NCBI GenBank assembly: GCA_036787895.1
Contig: DAIQOK010000007.1
Coordinates: 42,883-106,882, forward strand
Source: Bacteroidota bacterium
GTDB lineage: Bacteria; Bacteroidota; Bacteroidia; UBA7662
Length of the DNA stretch: 64,000 nucleotides
Reading direction: 5' to 3'
The position numbers were made by a program, and so were the translations under genes. Below the pieces are notes generated by a model. The model saw only the letters and a list, made by a program, of their open reading frames with translations. It did not search any database and was not told where the DNA came from. How positions within the stretch are numbered: position 1 is the stretch's first letter; each line of letters begins with the position of its first letter. Positions 59,408 to 64,000 of this stretch are shown piece by piece.

Positions 59408-60184
59408 ATGGCAAAAGTTACTTATCAGGAATTGCTCGACGCAGGAGTTCACTTCGGTCACCTTAAGCGCAAATGGCATCCTAAAATGGCGCCGTTCATC
59501 TTCATGGAGAAGAACGACATCCACATTATCGATCTTAATCAAACCCAAACCCGTCTTGATGATGCTGCCAGTGCAGTTAAGTCAATCGTAAAATCGGGTC
59601 GTAAAATCCTTTTTGTAGCCACCAAAAAACAGGCGAAAGAAATCATCGAGGCAGAGGCTAAACGCCTGAACATGCCTTTCGTGACCGAGCGCTGGTTGGG
59701 TGGTATGCTCACCAACTTCACGACTGTTCGTAAGTCGATCAAGAAAATGGGCAATATCGACAAAATGGAAGGCAACGGCACCATGGCTACGCTCTCGAAA
59801 AAAGAGCGCCTTATGATTGCCCGTGAGCGTGAAAAACTCGGCCGTGTTTTGGGTGGTATCGAAGACCTGAGCCGCCTCCCGGCTGCTTTATTCATCGTTG
59901 ATATCAAAAAAGAACACATTGCTGTTAAAGAAGCCCAGAAGTTGAACATTCCTACCATTGCTATGGTAGATACCAACTCTGACCCTACCCTGGTTGATTT
60001 CCCGATTCCAGCTAACGACGACGCTACTAAGTCGATTGCGCTGATTTCGAAAGTAATCATGCAGGCTGTAGAAGAAGGACTTCAAGAGCGCAAACACGAT
60101 AAAGACGCTGAAGCAGCAGCTGAACAACCAGCTGAGGTGGCAGAAACCACCGCAACTGCCAGCCCAGAAGCTACGGCTGAATAA
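59408..60184 (+). CDS. rpsB: 30S ribosomal protein S2
   Basis: [32 protein letters not shown]. The start is the ATG at 59408, and the ORF track's longer 5' extension is spurious. The C-terminus has an acidic/Ala-rich tail. Confidence 0.95.
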   Translation: MAKVTYQELLDAGVHFGHLKRKWHPKMAPFIFMEKNDIHIIDLNQTQTRLDDAASAVKSIVKSGRKILFVATKKQAKEIIEAEAKRLNMPFVTERWLGGMLTNFTTVRKSIKKMGNIDKMEGNGTMATLSKKERLMIAREREKLGRVLGGIEDLSRLPAALFIVDIKKEHIAVKEAQKLNIPTIAMVDTNSDPTLVDFPIPANDDATKSIALISKVIMQAVEEGLQERKHDKDAEAAAEQPAEVAETTATASPEATAE

Positions 60185-60198
60185 GCAAAACAAAAGCA

Positions 60199-60231
60199 GA
60201 TGGGTCGACAACAGTTGGCCCATCTTTTTTT
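60199..60231 (+). terminator. Rho-independent terminator after rpsB
   Basis: gatgggtcgacaacagttggcccatcttttttt. Confidence 0.7.
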
Positions 60232-60266
60232 ACACCCCCTGAACTTCAAAAAATTTTAAGCATACA

Positions 60267-61100
60267 ATGAATATTTCTGCAGCAGATGTGAACAAACTGC
60301 GCCAGATGACCGGCGCAGGTATGATGGATTGCAAAAAAGCCCTCACCGAAGCCAATGGCGATTTCGAGGAAGCCGTTGTCATCCTCCGCAAAAAAGGCCA
60401 AAAAGTATCGGCCAGCCGTGCCGACCGTGAAGCCAACGAAGGTGCTATCGTAACTCTCACCAATGCCGACGCTACTTTTGGTGTATTGGTAAGCCTGACT
60501 TGCGAAACCGACTTCGTTGCTAAAAACGAAGAGTTTGTCGCTCTGGCCAACCAAATCGCACAACTGGCCTTGGCCAAAAACATCACTTCACTAGATGCCC
60601 TGTTAGAAGAGAAACTCGACGGCTTAGCATTGAATGAAAAACTGATTGAATACACCGGTAAAATCGGTGAGAAAATCAGTGTTAGTCGTTACGAAACCCT
60701 CAGTGCCGAAGGTGTGGTCACCTATGTACACAGCAACAACAAGCTGGGTGTATTGGTAGCTATGAACCAAACAGCTTCGGCAGAAGCTACTGCCGCAGGT
60801 AAAGATGCTGCCATGCAAATTGCAGCCATGAGTCCGGTAGCTGTAGATAAAGACGACGTAGATCCTACCATCATTGAGCGGGAAATTGAAATCGGTAAAG
60901 ACCAGGCCCGCCAGGAAGGCAAGCCGGAGAATATTATTGAGAAAATTGCTTTGGGCAAACTCAATAAATTCTACCAGGACAACACCTTGTTGAACCAGGC
61001 ATTTGTGAAAGACGGCAGCATAACAGTAGCCCAGATGCTTGATAAAGCATCGAAAGGCTTATCTGTTAAGTCGTTCAAACGTATTGCCATTGGCGCTTAA
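60267..61100 (+). CDS. tsf: Elongation factor Ts
   Basis: An N-terminal UBA-like region (LRQMTGAGMMDCKKALTEANGD) is followed by the EF-Ts dimerisation core. Confidence 0.95.
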   Translation: MNISAADVNKLRQMTGAGMMDCKKALTEANGDFEEAVVILRKKGQKVSASRADREANEGAIVTLTNADATFGVLVSLTCETDFVAKNEEFVALANQIAQLALAKNITSLDALLEEKLDGLALNEKLIEYTGKIGEKISVSRYETLSAEGVVTYVHSNNKLGVLVAMNQTASAEATAAGKDAAMQIAAMSPVAVDKDDVDPTIIEREIEIGKDQARQEGKPENIIEKIALGKLNKFYQDNTLLNQAFVKDGSITVAQMLDKASKGLSVKSFKRIAIGA

Positions 61101-61116
61101 GCATTCATGACTTTTT

Positions 61117-61151
61117 AAACCCCGTCTGCAGAGCAAACGGGGTTTTTTATT
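61117..61151 (+). terminator. Rho-independent terminator after tsf
   Basis: aaaccccgtctgcagagcaaacggggttttttatt. Confidence 0.85.
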
Positions 61152-61231
61152 GTTTGCCCTTTTCCCTTTACACCCGAAACGGACTGATAGTGGCTCCGAT
61201 TAACTATCTTCGTGCCGGAAAATAAGTCGAA

Positions 61232-61936
61232 ATGAAGTACAAGCGCATACTCGTCAAGCTCAGCGGAGAATCGTTGATGGGACAAAAACAATTCGGTATC
61301 GACCAGATAATTCTGGATCAATATGCCAGTGAAGTGCGCGACCTGGTGCAAGCCGGGGTACAAGTGGCCATCGTAGTTGGTGGCGGCAATATTTTCAGAG
61401 GAGTGCAAGCTGAATCGGGCGGAATGGACCGTGCCCAAGGGGATTATATGGGCATGTTGGCGACCATGATTAACAGCATGGCCTTGCAGGCATCACTCGA
61501 AAAAATGGGCCTGAGTACCCGATTACAGTCGGCCATCAAAATGGAACAAATCGCAGAGCCCTTCATTCGGCGCAAAGCCATCCGTCACCTGGAAAAAGGT
61601 CGGATAGTAATCTTCGGTGCCGGCACCGGCAATCCTTATTTCACCACCGATACCGCTGCTTCTTTGCGTGCTGTAGAAATTGGAGCCGATGTCATCCTCA
61701 AAGGAACTCGGGTAGATGGCATCTACGACAAAGACCCTGAAAAACATGCTGATGCAGTTCGTTATGAAACCGTAAGTTTCAAAGAAGCCATCGCCCAAAA
61801 CCTAAAAGTAATGGACATGACGGCTTTTACCCTGTGTCAGGAGAACAACTTGCCTATTATCGTTTTTGATATGAATAAAGCCGGCAATCTGTTGAACATC
61901 GCCAAAGGTCAACAAATCGGCACACTCGTTTCTTAA
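61232..61936 (+). CDS. pyrH: UMP kinase
   Basis: [12 protein letters not shown] ... [10 protein letters not shown] ... [13 protein letters not shown]. Confidence 0.95.
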   Translation: MKYKRILVKLSGESLMGQKQFGIDQIILDQYASEVRDLVQAGVQVAIVVGGGNIFRGVQAESGGMDRAQGDYMGMLATMINSMALQASLEKMGLSTRLQSAIKMEQIAEPFIRRKAIRHLEKGRIVIFGAGTGNPYFTTDTAASLRAVEIGADVILKGTRVDGIYDKDPEKHADAVRYETVSFKEAIAQNLKVMDMTAFTLCQENNLPIIVFDMNKAGNLLNIAKGQQIGTLVS

Positions 61937-61958
61937 AACCTGTCTAGCTGCTTAAGCC

Positions 61959-62522
61959 ATGAACGAAGAAGTACAATTTTACATCGCCGAAGCCACCGAA
62001 TCTATGGACAAGGCCATTCATCACCTGCAAGTGGAACTATCCAAACTCCGCGCCGGCAAAGCCTCTCCGGCCATGGTGGATAGCGTGAAGGTGGACTATT
62101 ATGGCGCACCCACACCACTGAGTCAGGTCGCCAATGTTTCAACCTCCGATGCCCGCACCATTAGTATTCAGCCCTGGGAGAAAAACCTGATAGCTGCTAT
62201 CGAGAAGGCCATAATCAATGCCAATCTGGGGTTGAATCCAAGCAATGACGGCATGATCATCCGTATAAATATTCCACCCCTTACCGAAGAGCGCCGGCGT
62301 GAACTCGTTAAACGCACCAAGGCCGAAGGTGAAAATGCCAAAGTCTCTGTACGTAATATCCGCCGCGATGCCAATGAATCGATAAAAAAACTGCAAAAAG
62401 ACGGTTTACCGGAAGATATGGCCAAAGATGGTGAAGCTAAAATTCAGCAACTCACCGACAAATTTATTGCCCGGGTAGATGAAGTCCTGGCCGTAAAAGA
62501 AAAAGAAATTATGACGGTGTAA
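61959..62522 (+). CDS. frr: Ribosome recycling factor
   Basis: The 187-aa protein ends with VRNIRRDANE ... KEITD-like RRF motifs. Confidence 0.95.
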   Translation: MNEEVQFYIAEATESMDKAIHHLQVELSKLRAGKASPAMVDSVKVDYYGAPTPLSQVANVSTSDARTISIQPWEKNLIAAIEKAIINANLGLNPSNDGMIIRINIPPLTEERRRELVKRTKAEGENAKVSVRNIRRDANESIKKLQKDGLPEDMAKDGEAKIQQLTDKFIARVDEVLAVKEKEIMTV

Positions 62523-62540
62523 ATCACCGCTATTGCTATC

Positions 62541-62569
62541 AGCCCCGGTAAATCCGGGGCTTTTTATTT
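62541..62569 (+). terminator. Rho-independent terminator after frr
   Basis: agccccggtaaatccggggctttttattt. Confidence 0.85.
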
Positions 62570-63055
62570 ATAACCAATGGGGTTTCTTTCCTCCTTCAAC
62601 AATTGCCGAAAAGCAATAAACACCTGCTCAAACTGTGCATCGTATTTGCCCTCAAGCGCGTCTAAACGTTTGGTCAATTCCCGGTTTTCAAACATAATTT
62701 CTCGAAAACGCACAAAGGCACGCATAATCTGAATGTGAACCTGAATAGCTTTATCGCTACTCAATACACTCGAAAGCATCCCCACACCTTGTTCGGTAAA
62801 AGCAAAAGGCATGTATCGACTTCCACCCCATCTTGAGGTGCCAAATTGGCACCTCAAGTTTTCCCATTCCTCAGAAGTGAGCTCAAACATAAAATCGGGA
62901 GGGAAACGTGCCTCATTGCGACGAACAGCTCTCTTCAACGTCTTGGTTTCTACCTGATATAATAGGGCAAGGTCAAAGTCGAGTAAAACCCGTTGACCAC
63001 GAATTACATACAAACTAGCGCCCAGGTCCAGCTTTTCTACCACAGCATTTTCCAT
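62564..63055 (-). CDS. ORF6N-domain protein (KilA-N-related DNA-binding domain, often phage/mobile-element associated)
   Basis: IRGQRVLLDFDLALLYQVETKTLKRAVRRNEARFPPDFMFELTSEEWENL matches the ORF6N consensus. A C-terminal coiled-coil-like tail follows. Confidence 0.7.
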   Translation of the reverse strand: MENAVVEKLDLGASLYVIRGQRVLLDFDLALLYQVETKTLKRAVRRNEARFPPDFMFELTSEEWENLRCQFGTSRWGGSRYMPFAFTEQGVGMLSSVLSSDKAIQVHIQIMRAFVRFREIMFENRELTKRLDALEGKYDAQFEQVFIAFRQLLKEERNPIGYK

Positions 63056-63118
63056 GATTCAATTTGGGCAAAAATTATATTTGGTTTCACGCAAGTTTTA
63101 TTACAAACGGCGCAAAAT

Positions 63119-64000
63119 TTAGCCCTTAATCAACTGTTCCAGGGTAGCCTTGGCAAAAATTCTGCGCGGAACACTATTCATTAATGCCAGCTCGGCTGGT
63201 AAACCGGTGGTTTCGTCTAAAAATCCGAGCACCCGTTGGGGTGGATTATGCAAAAACAATCGTTCAAATAAATCTGCACCGGGAAAATACCGCTGGCACA
63301 ATACCCGAAGCAAGGTATTGTCATACAATCGAAACCGCTTTTGCTGCCAGCTTGGCTTAATTATGGGCGATTTGCCGGCAAGCAGGGCATTGGTGATGGC
63401 CTCGCTATGTCGTTGAATGTTTTGAAAAGTATAGCCCGTCGACCCTTTGGTTTGCCCGCCGGCTGTGCCTAGAAAGATGGTGTGCCTTTCATGCACCGGG
63501 AAACGATGACTGGCCATAGGAATTCGGCCCATTTCAGTTTCTTCTATGGCATAACTGGTAATCCCCAGCTGCGTTTCCAAATAATCGCGGAGATAGATGT
63601 CGTAAGAGGATTTGTCCCAGACTTCTTCCGAAAATACCGTAAACTCAACCAATGCGGCATGTGTATCGAATGGCAGTACATAAACAAAACAGCTGCCATC
63701 AATTTGGGGCACCCTGAAATCCATAAAAACAGGCTTCTTCGGGTCGAAAGAAGGCCCCGGCGTATTCACCACCCAACCTTTAAAATGCTGCCAAAGAAAC
63801 AATCCCTTTTTGGCTTCGTGTATCTCTTCATTCGACAGCAAACTCGAGAAGGTCCAGTCGGCTGTAAAGCTACCTTCCGAGCAATCCAGCTGAGATTTCC
63901 CGGCAACTGTATCAATATCATAAATTTCTGCCTTCAACATGCTGATGTGACTGGCAGCCTGGATTTGACCAAGGGTATGGGCATAAAAATCTCTACCCCT
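63119..64000 (-). CDS. Lycopene cyclase-family protein (CrtY/CrtL-like), 5'-truncated by window edge
   Basis: The C-terminal two-thirds resemble lycopene beta-cyclase-family proteins (FVYVLPFDTHAALVEFTVFS ... FLGTAGGQTKGSTGYTF). The reading frame remains open upstream of the M at 63940 to the window end (..RDFYAHTLGQIQAASHIS-M..), so the true start lies outside the window. Confidence 0.55.
   Translation of the reverse strand, partial: RGRDFYAHTLGQIQAASHISMLKAEIYDIDTVAGKSQLDCSEGSFTADWTFSSLLSNEEIHEAKKGLFLWQHFKGWVVNTPGPSFDPKKPVFMDFRVPQIDGSCFVYVLPFDTHAALVEFTVFSEEVWDKSSYDIYLRDYLETQLGITSYAIEETEMGRIPMASHRFPVHERHTIFLGTAGGQTKGSTGYTFQNIQRHSEAITNALLAGKSPIIKPSWQQKRFRLYDNTLLRVLCQRYFPGADLFERLFLHNPPQRVLGFLDETTGLPAELALMNSVPRRIFAKATLEQLIKG

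Overview
This 64 kb window looks like a Bacteroidota-type chromosome segment. T9SS C-terminal sorting domains, TPR sensor kinases and the rplM-rpsI-rpsB-tsf-pyrH-frr cluster all point that way. The first ~10.4 kb is much more AT-rich than the rest (roughly 36-40% GC against 50-60% in mfd, gcvP and kbl, by eye). This AT-rich block carries a striking nucleic-acid-processing gene set. One gene is a 1601-aa protein fusing a DnaQ-like exonuclease, a RecQ-type SF2 helicase core and a UvrD/PcrA-type SF1 helicase core. It is followed by a MutT-like NUDIX hydrolase translationally coupled (ATGA overlap) to a 1046-aa PLD(HKD)-nuclease / SF2 (ResIII-like) helicase / DUF3427-like protein. Next come a cluster of TCGACATA repeats and a GNAT-acetyltransferase toxin-like gene preceded by an unannotated ~53-aa ORF. 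A ~47-bp near-perfect direct repeat duplicates the 5' end of the adjacent TlpA-like lipoprotein gene. This looks like a horizontally acquired, att-flanked island carrying a candidate, unnamed helicase/nuclease defence or DNA-processing module. The remainder is mostly housekeeping and envelope genes: mfd, two UspA genes, rlmD, a 2795-aa T9SS beta-helix adhesin, msrB, a fasciclin protein, and a two-component region whose TPR histidine kinase carries an in-frame amber stop. It also holds an unusual two-gene metal ABC importer (substrate-binding protein fused to the ATPase; permease fused to a DtxR/FeoA regulator), kbl, pdxJ, gcvP, three tandem T9SS paralogs, the ribosomal/tsf/pyrH/frr cluster, an ORF6N protein and a partial lycopene-cyclase-like gene at the right edge. 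I found no rRNA, tRNA or CRISPR array.
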